A DNA stretch of 63,880 nt, the filler included, from an uncultured Methanosarcinales archaeon (GTDB taxonomy: Archaea; Nanobdellota; Nanobdellia; Woesearchaeales; CAZKBD01): NCBI GenBank assembly GCA_964550945.1. It is 11 parts of 11 records of this genome, joined end to end, with 100 filler letters (N's around TTAATTAATTAA, not from the genome) between each part and the next. Parts side by side here need not be neighbours in the genome. Positions count along the whole stretch, not along the records: positions 1 to 6,824 come from CAZKBD010000093.1; positions 6,925 to 13,191 come from CAZKBD010000096.1; 9 more parts are not named here. One strand, 5' to 3'. Under the pieces are notes generated by a model. The model was given only the letters and a program-made list of their open reading frames with translations. It was not told where the DNA came from and searched no databases. Positions 1 through 11,200 of this stretch are shown here, piece by piece. The first letter of the stretch is position 1, and each line of letters begins with the position of its first letter. The translations under genes and the position numbers were made by a program.

Positions 1-276
1 AGCAATATGGCACAATTTGCTTAGATTATAACAAATCAATCCTGTCCCAAAATCCCTATTTCTCAATATAAAATGCACCAAAGTGATTTTATTCCGGGTT
101 TTTGAATCTGTTTCTAGTTGTTACTCTTTAATTGATTCTGGAAATAAAAAACTTTATATAAAGAGTGAGCTAAGGGTTATACTCAGAGCAAATAATTATC
201 AAATATTTGTTTGCTCTTCGTAATAAGCAAAGGCAATATTCATGTTCAAAAATTTGTTGCCTTTGCTATAATTAAA

Positions 277-1107
277 ATGAAATACAATATCGGATTTATC
301 GGAGCAGGGAAGATGGCTGAAGCATTGATTTCAGCTATTTTGAAGAGCAAGCTTTCTAAAAGCATGATTGCCAGTGATGTTGATGGCAAAAGATTAGAAT
401 ATATCAAAACTAAACACAAGATAAATATCACAAAAAACAACAAAGAGGTTATCCATAGTTCAGATATCGTTGTTTTAGCAGTCAAGCCTCAGATTATCAA
501 CAGTGTCCTAGAAGAGATTAAAGAAACTAACAAGCTCATAGTTTCTATTGCAGCAGGCATTACAATCAAGCATCTTGAATCCAAACTAAAAAAAGCTCGA
601 GTTATAAGGGTAATGCCTAATACGCCTTGCTTAGTAGGAGAGATGGCTGCTGGATTCAGCAAAGGAACCAAAGCAAAACAAGAAGATGTTTTGATAGTCG
701 AAGAGATACTAAACTCGTCAGGCAAAGCATTCTACTTAAATGAAGATATGCTGGATGCAGTTACTGCTTTAAGCGGCTCTGGGCCTGCGTTTATTGCGCG
801 ATTGCTTGAGTGGATGATTGAAGGAGCAAAGAAAGAAGGGCTTAAAGAAGATGTTGCTCAAGAACTAGCTTATCAGACTGCTATTGGAACTGGCAGATTA
901 CTGCAGGAAAAAGGAATAACTCCTAAAGAGCTGGTTGATATGGTAAGCTCTCCAAATGGGACAACAGTTGCTGGAAGGGATGTTTTGGAAAATTCAGATG
1001 TCAAGGAGATATTGATGAAAACAATTGAAGCTGCTGCAAAAAGGAGCAAAGAATTAGGAAAACGAAAACCTCAAGGCAATAGCAGAAGCTTCAAAAGAGA
1101 TTATTGA
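277..1107 (+). CDS. proC: Pyrroline-5-carboxylate reductase, C-terminus extended into a repeated sequence
   Basis: IGFIGAGKMA, VLAVKPQ, RVMPNTP, TALSGSGPAF, VSSPNGTT motifs; likely ATG at 277; the family-typical end (KRSKELGK) reads on for 14 extra residues. Confidence 0.95.
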   Translation: MKYNIGFIGAGKMAEALISAILKSKLSKSMIASDVDGKRLEYIKTKHKINITKNNKEVIHSSDIVVLAVKPQIINSVLEEIKETNKLIVSIAAGITIKHLESKLKKARVIRVMPNTPCLVGEMAAGFSKGTKAKQEDVLIVEEILNSSGKAFYLNEDMLDAVTALSGSGPAFIARLLEWMIEGAKKEGLKEDVAQELAYQTAIGTGRLLQEKGITPKELVDMVSSPNGTTVAGRDVLENSDVKEILMKTIEAAAKRSKELGKRKPQGNSRSFKRDY

Positions 1108-1162
1108 GTTTCTTGAATGTGGCTGTGAATGTTCTGAGTAGCTTTTAATATAGTTTATATAA
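1064..1162 (+). repeat. 99-bp dispersed repeat, copy 1
   Basis: Identical to 17508..17606 except one C/G mismatch. Confidence 0.95.
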
Positions 1163-1255
1163 CTTGTAGTTTACCACTGGGGATATCAGGGTTTCCTCTT
1201 GAGTTATAACAAAAGTTTAAATAAAGAGGCAGACTCCATAGGAAACGGGGGTTGT

Positions 1256-2047
1256 ATGAATAAAACTATATTATTTATTGTTATTGTATTAATCGTTGCT
1301 CTATGTCTAATTAATGGGTGCTCAAACAGTGACATTGAATCTTTTGTGAAAACTATCCCCCAGATACAGGAAGTTCTTAGTGAAAATCCTAATGCAAATA
1401 TTGTTATAACCTACTGGAGTGAAGAAGAGATAAAAAGTAGTATCACAGAGATTAATACTATGTGTCAAAAACAGGTAACACCAACTGATATGTATAAAGC
1501 TATTGTGAAAGAAGATGAAATAAAGATTACGTCTTGGATTAAAGCTGACGATAGGCAGGTTTTGTGTATTGTTAGACAAGTTGGGGAAGAAAAACCAACA
1601 GAGCCCGAGATTAATGAAACAATTAAGGAGAATGAATCTATAGGGGTAAATGAGAGCATTAATGAATCAAAACTAATGGTTTCAACTAATAATGTAGCAT
1701 ACAATCTCAATGAAACAATCAATATTACTGTGATCAACAATTTATTCTCCGCTATCTATTATGGCGGTTGTAGCGGTAAAGCACATAAATATATCTATAT
1801 AGAAAAAAAAGAAAATAGTGATTGGGAAGAATATTTGGACCAAAATCAAGTATTTGCTTGTACTGCTACCATAGAAAGTCCTCCGAGGGAATTCAAATCA
1901 GGTGAAATGCTGTCCTTTTTGTGGTATCCAGCTCCAACAGGTTTGTATAGGGTCAGATTCGACTATTTAGTGGAGGCAGTTAACGATTGGCAACCCGAAT
2001 ATTTTGGTTGGCAATCTGTATACTCAAACGAGTTTGAAATTAGATAA
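1256..2047 (+). CDS. Secreted or lipoprotein-like hypothetical protein
   Basis: ATG at 1256 after GGGGG; hydrophobic N-terminus ending in INGC; beta-rich C-terminus. Confidence 0.7.
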   Translation: MNKTILFIVIVLIVALCLINGCSNSDIESFVKTIPQIQEVLSENPNANIVITYWSEEEIKSSITEINTMCQKQVTPTDMYKAIVKEDEIKITSWIKADDRQVLCIVRQVGEEKPTEPEINETIKENESIGVNESINESKLMVSTNNVAYNLNETINITVINNLFSAIYYGGCSGKAHKYIYIEKKENSDWEEYLDQNQVFACTATIESPPREFKSGEMLSFLWYPAPTGLYRVRFDYLVEAVNDWQPEYFGWQSVYSNEFEIR

Positions 2048-2089
2048 TATATAGAACAACTAGTTAAATAAAAAAAGAGGCGAGTTAGG

Positions 2090-5000
2090 ATTACCAAGAT
2101 AAAGAAATTTAGTTTATTGATATTATTATTCATTATTATAAATACCCTTTTGTTACCTTTATCCAAATCACATGACAATGAATCAAACAATATCTCTATC
2201 CAAACTGTAGATAACGAGACTAACGAAATAGGAGAAGAAGCAGGAGAGTCTGGTGAAGTAATACCAACAAATCACGAACCAATATGGGACTCAGAATTAA
2301 CTAATATTGAGATAGAAAAAAATAAAAATGTAACAATTAATTTAGACGAGCATTTCTATGATGAAGATAATGATGCATTAAGTTATTCCAGTTCCCAGCC
2401 AGATGATATTAATGTTCTAATTAATAATAATTTTATAACCTTAGTTCCCTTCCTTAATTTTATTGGTTTAAGAACAATTAACTTTTTTGCTTCAGATACT
2501 AATTCCATAGCAGCCAGCGATGAAATTAGTGTAAATATTATTGATACTAAAATTAATGAAATTATTAAAAATGAAACGCAAATAGATAAGACCGGAAAAC
2601 CAATTGAAGATTTAGAAGTAAAAGTAAATATTGATAAAAATTTAAGAGACACTATCGTTGAATATCTTCTTGGAGGAATTGATCCAGATAATCCAATAAC
2701 TGTGGATATATATTTTAGTAATCAGGTTCAGGACAATTTAATTCGAGATATCCAAAAAAGATATAACGAACAAACGGAAAGTCACAGGAATTCTATCAAA
2801 AATATCCTTCAAAAGTATAAACTAAACAAAACTAAAGAAGAGGAAAACAACCCCATTGCCGTGAGAATTGATGAATACGATTTAGTAGCAATATTTAATC
2901 ATACCAAAGAAATTAAAAATATTGAAAAAACGGCCAGAAATGATATCAGACAAACACTTACCGTAGGGATTTTACAAGAACAACAGCCTTTTGTAGATTA
3001 TATTGAAAGTAGGGGAGGGGTGATTATAAATCAATTAAAGTCTTATAATATGATGACAGTAAAAATTAACATGTGGGTGGTAGAAGATTTAATAAATAAT
3101 AATGAAATTGCTTCAATGTATCTTAATGTACCATTTGAAAACACATCCTGTCTGGATGTTAGTCCGGAGGCAATATATGCTGATCTTTTATGGGATGATA
3201 ATAACTATCCAGCACCAGGACCGGCGCCTCTTTCTTACGTAGCTGTTATTGATACGGGAGTTGATACCAGTCATCCTGCTTTAATCAATCTATCAGATGG
3301 CTCGACTCCTAGGGAATGGTACGAAGAATGTTGGTATGATCACAATGATAATGGAATTTGTGATGACAGCACAACTGATGATAGTGGGTACCATGGAACT
3401 CATGTTGCAGGAATTGTATCATCATCAGACAACACTTACAAAGGAGTAATGTATGACGTCAATACTATGATAAATGGAAAATTTTCTGGTGCATTAGGTT
3501 CGGAAAAGGACGATTTTGAAAATGCGATTGATTGGTCCGCTTACGAAGAATATGCAGATGTAATTAGTATAAGTCATGGATGGAAAACATCTGATGATGG
3601 TGTAGAAGCTAACGGGGAAGGAGAACTCACACATTTTGTCGATGCAATTGCCGATAATTTAGATGTTTTGATTGTTCTAGCCGCGGGTAATGAAGGCTCA
3701 GGTTCAGAGACTCTTCGTCATCCAGCAGATGCTTATAACTGTATGACGGTTGCTAACATGGATGATCAAGGAAGTATTACAAGAACGGGTGATACGATTG
3801 CAACTAGTAGCAGTAGGGGTCCCACTGCTGATGGGAGAAAAAAACCAGATATTGCTGCACCTGGAACTAATATTATGTCAACAAATGCATACTGGGAAGG
3901 TCAAGCCGATTTTGTTTCTTATAGTGGAACAAGTATGGCAACCCCTCACATTTCTGCAGCTGCAGCATGGTTTATGGACTATGGTTTAACTGCATTAGAA
4001 ACTAAAGCCTTGCTAATCAATACAGCTGACGACTGGGGCACAACAGGGTGGGATGACACCTATGGTTGGGGTTATGTTCAATTATGGCGTGCTCATTCAC
4101 ATATGGATGATACGCGTTATGAAGATGAATTTGAAGACGACGTCCCTATCTTTTATCAAATAGATGATTCCGAAGAAGGGGGTAAAGCTACTTTAGTGTG
4201 GAGAAGGCATATAGGCTATGATGAAGGCGAAAATAACTATACGGATGTGTATGATTTAGAGAATATTGACCTATATTTATACGATGAATCCGATGGATCT
4301 GAGGGTGATAGTTCAGATGAGGACAAAGAGAATGTACAACAGGTTGTATCAGATGATAATTATGACTCTGTTGTTATAAAAGTTAAAGCTGATGATACAT
4401 GGGGTGGTTATGAAAACTTTGCTATTGCAACAGAAGAAGATGCAGATTACACAATAACTCCACCAACTATAAGTGCATCCATCTCGAACCCAAGTACCAA
4501 ACAAATTGGACAACTTTTTAATATCACCGCTCAGGTAACGCCAACTGGGGATTTAAATGCTCATAGTGTGAGTGTAACTGTGAACTTACCTTCTGGATTA
4601 ACAATCATTTCTGGTTCAAATCCACAGTCTCTAGGTACAATAATTGATGGCTCTCCTGAAACTGCTATTTGGACAGTTAACTCATCACAAGAAGGCATAA
4701 AGAATTTTGATGTTGATGTTACTTCATCTTCTTATGATGAAATTTATGATGCTTCTGATTCCAGCTCAATAGATATAACTTCACCAGATACAACCCCTCC
4801 TTCAATAACTATTTTATCCCCCACCAATAACACCGAATATTCAACAAGTTCAGTAGATCTAAACTGGTCAGCAAATGAAACATTAAGCTGGTGTGCATAC
4901 AGATTGGATAATGGAGCTAATGATACGAGTATCTGCGAGCCTGAATGGAGTTATCAAGAAAATGCTGATTCTAGTCATTGTGCCGAAACATGGGACAGTA

Positions 5001-6778
5001 CTTATACTTGTGGAAATGTTTATGATGGAAATTGGAATACTTATGGTTTTGGTGCTCTTATAGGGTATCTATACATTAATTATACAAAACCCCTAAGCGC
5101 TCAGCCTTCAAGTTTGTGGCAAATAAAAAACAATAGTGGAGCATTTAATCTAACAATAGGGAGCAATTGCTGGAATCAAGGAATAATGCAGTTCAAAATT
5201 CAATCTAGAGGAACTACACCTCCATTTGGTAATCTATTTCTTTGTTGGGATGGTTCAAATTGGACAACACTAGGAGGTGGAGGAATAGGTGGAGGAGCAT
5301 CATCATCTTATGTTTATGAGGATGCAATGTGGTGGTATCTGGATAATCCAAGAAATAAAACTTTAATGAACATATCCAATGGAAATCATAATATCATTAT
5401 TTATGGCAATGACACATCAGGAAATATGGGGCAGAGTAGTTATGTTTATTTTACAATAGGAAGTTTAAAGTCAGATGGTGAATCTTGCACATCTAATGGC
5501 GAATGCCAGTCAAACTACTGCGATAATGATGGTGTGGGTTGGAGTGATGATTACAAGTGGTTTTCTGTAGAAAGCACTTATTATGACAACCAAGATCATA
5601 AATGTGAAGAGAAAGCAAGAACAGCTAATGATGACTGGTGTGATGAAAAGAGAAATGAAGATTTAAACACTTGTGACAAGACTGGAGCAACATACAAAGA
5701 AGATACTTGTTCAGATACTTGCGTTATTTCTGATAAAAGTATTTTTGAATGCACTGATTCAGGTTGCTCATGTACTGCTTCAGAATGTGACGGATTAACT
5801 GCAGGGAACAATATTAGTAAGTGCACTTATGGAGCAACATCTTATTTTGCAGATAAATGCACATCAACAGCTGGCGGAGAAGACAGGGGAGACAATATTT
5901 GCAGGTCATCAGCTTTTGCTGCTGGATGCATAGCCTCAACTTTCTGCAACAGCAAAAGCCCTGGCGATGAAAGCACGTCTACTGATGAATGTTGTTATGG
6001 TTCCTGTACAAGTTTGGATTGTGACAGCGATGACGATACCAGCGGAAGTGATGGCACTTTAAAAGAGTCAGAAGCGACATCTAGTTCTTGCACAAGTGTT
6101 TGTTCGTCTTATTCAACATGCTGTGATCAACAATCAATAACCTGCTCTGCTAATTACGAATGTGACTACTTTCACAGTTTAATTACCAATGAAGATGAAA
6201 CACCAAACAACATATGTTATAAGCCTAATTCTGGAGCTTGGAAATTTGCTTCAAATGCAGAAGCAACAGAGAGTGCTTGCAGTGATGGTTATGATAATGA
6301 TTGTGATGGGGATGTTGATAGTAATGATTCTGATTGTGGCGAATTTAGTTGCGGAGATTCAATAACTGAGAATACTGTTCTAACTAATGATCTTACAAAC
6401 TGCCCTAGTCATGGGCTAGTTATTGGTTCTGATGGTATCACTCTTGATTGTGCTGGTCATTCGATTGATGGTGATGCTTCTGAACCTGATTATGGTATTT
6501 TTCTTAATAATTCAAATGGAATCACTATCAAGAATTGTGTCTTGTCTGATTTTTACTATGGAATTAGTGTGCCATATTCTAATAATAATAACATAATCAA
6601 CAATACTATAAACAATAATGATAATGGAATTATTTTAGAGTCCTGTAATAATAATAGTATAACTAGTAACAAACTTAGTGGTAATGATTATGGAATCTAT
6701 TTAATATCATGTTTTAATAGTACTATCACAGATAATGATGTTATTGGAAATGGTGCTTATGGTGCATACATGAAATAA
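2090..6778 (+). CDS. Large secreted multidomain S8 subtilase (Ig-like, S8, Cys-rich, NosD/beta-helix-like tail)
   Basis: Catalytic motifs VIDTG, HGTHVAG, AAGNEG, SGTSMATP; N-terminal signal; start ATT 2090 or TTG 2117. Confidence 0.9.
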   Translation: MTKIKKFSLLILLFIIINTLLLPLSKSHDNESNNISIQTVDNETNEIGEEAGESGEVIPTNHEPIWDSELTNIEIEKNKNVTINLDEHFYDEDNDALSYSSSQPDDINVLINNNFITLVPFLNFIGLRTINFFASDTNSIAASDEISVNIIDTKINEIIKNETQIDKTGKPIEDLEVKVNIDKNLRDTIVEYLLGGIDPDNPITVDIYFSNQVQDNLIRDIQKRYNEQTESHRNSIKNILQKYKLNKTKEEENNPIAVRIDEYDLVAIFNHTKEIKNIEKTARNDIRQTLTVGILQEQQPFVDYIESRGGVIINQLKSYNMMTVKINMWVVEDLINNNEIASMYLNVPFENTSCLDVSPEAIYADLLWDDNNYPAPGPAPLSYVAVIDTGVDTSHPALINLSDGSTPREWYEECWYDHNDNGICDDSTTDDSGYHGTHVAGIVSSSDNTYKGVMYDVNTMINGKFSGALGSEKDDFENAIDWSAYEEYADVISISHGWKTSDDGVEANGEGELTHFVDAIADNLDVLIVLAAGNEGSGSETLRHPADAYNCMTVANMDDQGSITRTGDTIATSSSRGPTADGRKKPDIAAPGTNIMSTNAYWEGQADFVSYSGTSMATPHISAAAAWFMDYGLTALETKALLINTADDWGTTGWDDTYGWGYVQLWRAHSHMDDTRYEDEFEDDVPIFYQIDDSEEGGKATLVWRRHIGYDEGENNYTDVYDLENIDLYLYDESDGSEGDSSDEDKENVQQVVSDDNYDSVVIKVKADDTWGGYENFAIATEEDADYTITPPTISASISNPSTKQIGQLFNITAQVTPTGDLNAHSVSVTVNLPSGLTIISGSNPQSLGTIIDGSPETAIWTVNSSQEGIKNFDVDVTSSSYDEIYDASDSSSIDITSPDTTPPSITILSPTNNTEYSTSSVDLNWSANETLSWCAYRLDNGANDTSICEPEWSYQENADSSHCAETWDSTYTCGNVYDGNWNTYGFGALIGYLYINYTKPLSAQPSSLWQIKNNSGAFNLTIGSNCWNQGIMQFKIQSRGTTPPFGNLFLCWDGSNWTTLGGGGIGGGASSSYVYEDAMWWYLDNPRNKTLMNISNGNHNIIIYGNDTSGNMGQSSYVYFTIGSLKSDGESCTSNGECQSNYCDNDGVGWSDDYKWFSVESTYYDNQDHKCEEKARTANDDWCDEKRNEDLNTCDKTGATYKEDTCSDTCVISDKSIFECTDSGCSCTASECDGLTAGNNISKCTYGATSYFADKCTSTAGGEDRGDNICRSSAFAAGCIASTFCNSKSPGDESTSTDECCYGSCTSLDCDSDDDTSGSDGTLKESEATSSSCTSVCSSYSTCCDQQSITCSANYECDYFHSLITNEDETPNNICYKPNSGAWKFASNAEATESACSDGYDNDCDGDVDSNDSDCGEFSCGDSITENTVLTNDLTNCPSHGLVIGSDGITLDCAGHSIDGDASEPDYGIFLNNSNGITIKNCVLSDFYYGISVPYSNNNNIINNTINNNDNGIILESCNNNSITSNKLSGNDYGIYLISCFNSTITDNDVIGNGAYGAYMK

Positions 6779-6824
6779 GGGGACGCCCCTTATAATCCCC
6801 TCCCGCCTTCGCTACTCGTCAACT

Positions 6825-6924
6825 NNNNNNNNNNNNNNNNNNNNNNNNNNNNNNNNNNNNNNNNNNNNTTAATTAATTAANNNNNNNNNNNNNNNNNNNN
6901 NNNNNNNNNNNNNNNNNNNNNNNN
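6825..6924. other. Artificial contig linker
   Basis: N-run + TTAATTAATTAA + N-run. Confidence 0.99.
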
Positions 6925-6990
6925 AAAAAATCCGACCCGAGCCTATAAGGCGAGCATACCACCAGTCTATTTGACTGGTCGGATTTTTTT
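6925..6990. repeat. Palindromic repeat element at contig start (partial)
   Basis: AAAAAATCCGACC...GGTCGGATTTTTT inverted arms with inner ACCAGTC/GACTGGT hairpin. Confidence 0.6.
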
Positions 6991-7090
6991 GATTATCTTG
7001 TCCAAATATTCTGAGTTATTACCATTACTTTCTCTGAAAAACAACAAAATTTGCGTAAAAGTAGTGGTAAGAAATATTCAAAACCAAAAG

Positions 7091-7123
7091 CTTTAAATAT
7101 AAAGTATTACTAGTAATACTTTA
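7091..7123 (+). promoter_or_regulatory. TATA box followed by a perfect 24-bp palindromic operator
   Basis: CTTTAAATA then TAAAGTATTACTAGTAATACTTTA (7100..7123), just before ATG 7128. Confidence 0.7.
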
Positions 7124-7127
7124 CAGC

Positions 7128-7283
7128 ATGCCAAAAATTGGTATAACAAAAGATAAAATCTGCATTTCTATAGATAGACCACTCCATGAATCCCTAAAGA
7201 AGCATTGTGATAAAAATCTAGTCAAGCTATCCACTTATATAGAATACCTGCTAAAAAAAGGCTACCAAAATGAAAGGAAATAA
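7128..7283 (+). CDS. Small ribbon-helix-helix (CopG-like) regulator, 51 aa, absent from ORF track
   Basis: MPKIGITKDKICISIDRPLHESLKKHCDKNLVKLSTYIEYLLKKGYQNERK; overlaps next gene start. Confidence 0.75.
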   Translation: MPKIGITKDKICISIDRPLHESLKKHCDKNLVKLSTYIEYLLKKGYQNERK

Positions 7284-8283
7284 GGCTCAAATAACTGCTT
7301 ACATAATCTTTGCTTTAGTCATGGCAATCTTGATAGGAGTTATTTATTATATGATGTTCTACAGCAAATCAGCGCCCCTGTCTGATAACCTGATTTCTCA
7401 GGATCAGCCATCTGATATCAGCGCTGTTAAAAATTATGTTCAAGCATGCATTGATGAAGTCAGTGTTCCCGGCATATACCTTCTTGCAAGCAAAGGAGGC
7501 TACATCTATTCTTATGATAATATATTGAATGCAGAGAATATGCAGGTTGCTTATCATTTGGAGCTAGGAAATGATGTTAGTCCAGTAAAAGAGTTTATGG
7601 AGCAGGAGCTAGCCGAGTTTATCAAGGCATCCCTTCCATTATGCATTGACTCTAACTCATTTCCAGATTATGAGCTTGAATTCGGAGAAATCCAGCCAAA
7701 GATCAATATTGCATCCGATGATGTTTCAGTTGAAGTCGAATACCCCCTTACCATCAAAAAAGCGAATTATAAAGCGACCCTGTCCAAGTTCGAGTCAAAT
7801 TATCCTATAAGGCTTGGCCATATTTTAAACATAAAAAATGATATCCTCTCAGGGATAAAGGATAACAACACGATAGACCTTACCTATTTAGGCTCTTTGG
7901 ATGTTGAAGTGACCTTATTGCCTTATGATAAGCAGAATATTGTTTACTCAATTTATGATGAAGATTCTACTATCGATTCAGCTTACTTTATGTTCAATTT
8001 TGCGGTTAAGGTTGAAGGAAACTCTGCTCCGATACTTGAGTTTATACCTGATTTTGTTCTGGCAAAAGGAAATCATTTCGATTATAATGCAAAAGCTAGT
8101 GATCCAGATAACAATAATCTCTCATACTATTCTGGCAATGAAATGATAAACATTGATGTTAACACAGGAGTTATCTCATTTTTTCCTGACACTGTTGGAG
8201 ACTACTCATCAAATATTTGTGTTAAGGATACATATCTAGCGGAAGATTGTATGAATGTTAAGTTTATGGTGAAAGATGAATAA
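7270..8283 (+). CDS. Class III signal-peptide (pilin-like N-terminus) protein with C-terminal Ig/cadherin-like domain
   Basis: MKGNKAQ|ITAYIIF hydrophobic stretch; NSAP..ASDPDNNNLSY..IDVNTGVISF. Confidence 0.75.
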   Translation: MKGNKAQITAYIIFALVMAILIGVIYYMMFYSKSAPLSDNLISQDQPSDISAVKNYVQACIDEVSVPGIYLLASKGGYIYSYDNILNAENMQVAYHLELGNDVSPVKEFMEQELAEFIKASLPLCIDSNSFPDYELEFGEIQPKINIASDDVSVEVEYPLTIKKANYKATLSKFESNYPIRLGHILNIKNDILSGIKDNNTIDLTYLGSLDVEVTLLPYDKQNIVYSIYDEDSTIDSAYFMFNFAVKVEGNSAPILEFIPDFVLAKGNHFDYNAKASDPDNNNLSYYSGNEMINIDVNTGVISFFPDTVGDYSSNICVKDTYLAEDCMNVKFMVKDE

Positions 8284-11200
8284 ACGACAATTATCTATCA
8301 TGTGGATTTTTGTTTTGATTGTTCTATCTCAGATAGCTATTGCACAATGTCCTGACCCAAACGACCCTTCTTGTGAAGAATTTAATCAAGTAGATCCTTC
8401 AACATGGGATGAAACTAATATCGACCAAGTTCCTGTAGACCAGCTCTCAAGCCATCCTGATGTTGCTATAAAATATTGGAGTAACATCGATACAGGCAAA
8501 AAGGAAGAGTTATTTGCTAGAGATTTTGATAGATTTAAGGGCGCAGGAAGAGCTGACGCTTATTTTACAGAGAAGATTGGAAATAGAAAACCCATCTCAG
8601 GCCTGGATGCTGTCTCAGGAGTCTCCTATTCCAGTGGAGTTTTGATTAACGGTGATGCAAGGCTTGATCAAAACCATTTTCCAGCTGAGGCAATATCAGC
8701 AAAGGCAATCGAAGGGGGTTTTATATTTATTTATGGCAATCAGAATGAGATTGAGGTATTGCATGGCTCAATAAGCCAGGATAACAAGCTTGAGGATGGA
8801 TCTGTTGTTAAATTTTCCGGAGCAGGACAGAGCGCAAGAGTTGAGGACAATAAAGTCACACTTTCCGGCGCATCAATAACTGTTAGAAGCAATAATATCC
8901 ATGTCATCGGTGAATCTGCTCATGCAGAGATAATCCAAGATGGTGAAACAGCAGAAGTAATTTCTGGTAAATTTGAGTATAAAGATGGGGCTGTTGTTCT
9001 AGAAAGTTTCGATGGAAAACAAAGCACATTTGAGAATAAATTAACCAATCTGAAAGTTTCAACAGTAGGATATCCTTTAGTTGTTGTTCCACAAGGCAAT
9101 AAAATTCCTTCTGGGTTTGATCCTGATATCCATAACATGGTTATCTACGCTGAGGACTTTTTACAAACTAATGGGGCTGTTGAAGTTTCTTACAAGGATT
9201 TTCACATAACCTCAAAGCCAGAAAAGGATTCTGATTCAGTAAATTCAATATTTAGGTTTCAAAATGGTGAGACATTCGCTTATGGCAGTATTGTTGTTGA
9301 AACTTCCCAATATAAGTATCAGGGATTGAAGGACTCTTCAACATACACCAAGCAGCAAAACGGAATATCTAATTTTTATTGCGGAGACGAAGAAGGAGAC
9401 GTCGCGATATTCACAAACAAAATAATGCTCGGCGACCTAGCAGCAGAACAGGGGTTTGTTGTTGATGAAATTACTCTAGCAGATGGTAAAAAAATAACAG
9501 ATCTTGGGATAACCGCTGTAATCTCAAAAAAAGATGAAAAATACAGCTTAAATCTTGATAAAGGCAGCCTATTATTAGCAGCTGAGATCGAGAAGGATCC
9601 CTACAAATTTGCTTTGGTAAACGATTTTACATTAACATTGGGAGATAGCCAGCAAGCATCATTTGTGATGTCCCCAGATTTAGGCATGGTATATGATGCA
9701 GGCGATGGCAATCCTGTAAGAAGCTTGTCACCTAGAAAAACACATTATTATCTAGGGTCTGATCTGCCGACAGTCGCCAATATTGCTCAAAGAGGCATAG
9801 AAAGACATGAGCAGGATACAGCAATCAACAGAATATTGCTTCAGAAGGCTTATTCTCTTTTGCAGAATGAGAAAGATGAGGTTGAAAGCTTTGAGCAGAT
9901 GAAGAGTTTTATTGACAATATGGGCAGCGGCTCTAAATACACTTACAAGGCTGCTTTTGTTTTAGATAATATCGGGCATCTAGACTCAAGAAGTCTTGAC
10001 AAGGAATTTTATGCGCGAAATCTTTTAGAAGTTGAAACCTCCATAAATAATTTTGCGTTCTTTTCAGCGCAGTTCTCACCTGCAGATGTTAAGGATTATC
10101 TGTCATTAAAACACGATATTGGAACAAGAAATCAGCTTTTTAACTCTGTTCAGGAATCCAAAGATGAGCTGCAATTAAGGCTAGCCACATACATAAGGTT
10201 GAATGAAATCAAGGGAAGTGCTGATTTTGGTATCTCTGATAGCAAAGTAGCAGATGCTTGGCGATCGCTATATTATCTTGAAAATATTGACGGCAATGGA
10301 AATTATATGGACACAGGCCCTTCTGAATCTAAAATCAACCTGTTGTCAAATTTAGCAGTCGCTTCAGCAAACACAGGAAGGATTAGCGATTCAATTAATA
10401 TCCAAAACAACATCCGGAAAATGGCAGCTGATTTAAGATTAAAGTATACTACAGAACTTGAAAGCATCGGATCAGCTACTGATAAATCAGCTGAGGCAGC
10501 GGATTTAAAAAGGAAATTAGGTGCTCTAGACGGCTTTGAAAATTCAGATTATCCAAGGTTTATTACTGGTAGGAATTTGAAAAATATCAGGGATTCTATC
10601 TTGTTTAGGGAGGAATTATTAAGTGATGTTGAGAATGAAAGAACGCCTTTATTTGACAGGGATACTGGAATTGACTATAGCAGTAATCCTTACTTATACC
10701 AGGGCATTGGATTGCTTCAGTCAGTCTCTGGAGGTTATTTTCTAGCTGCAGCTAATGCTTTGGGAATGTCTGATGAAGCGCTTGGCTATGTTTCAAAGAT
10801 GCGCGATATAGATAAGCAGTACATGAGCGGTTATAATCTTGTTGATACCATGATCAATGATTTGGGCTATAATGGGGAAGAAGCCTACAGGATAATCAGC
10901 AGCGGTTCTGAAGAAGAGCTTAAGACACTATCTGACCAGCTGTCTATACACATTATAACAGACGATAAAAGGTTACAAGGTTCTATTGGGACTGCAGAAT
11001 TTGATGAATACATGGGGGCAAGAAGAGATTATCTAACCAACAAAGGAGGGATCATAGATAATCCTGACCAAGGCACTATCACAGATCTTAATGGCAAAAC
11101 TTTGCTGAGTTATGATGATGTATCTGGCTCTTATTTCGATGCAAATGGAAATGCAGTTGATCTAGTGGAATTTGCAAAACAGAATCCTGATTTTGCATAT

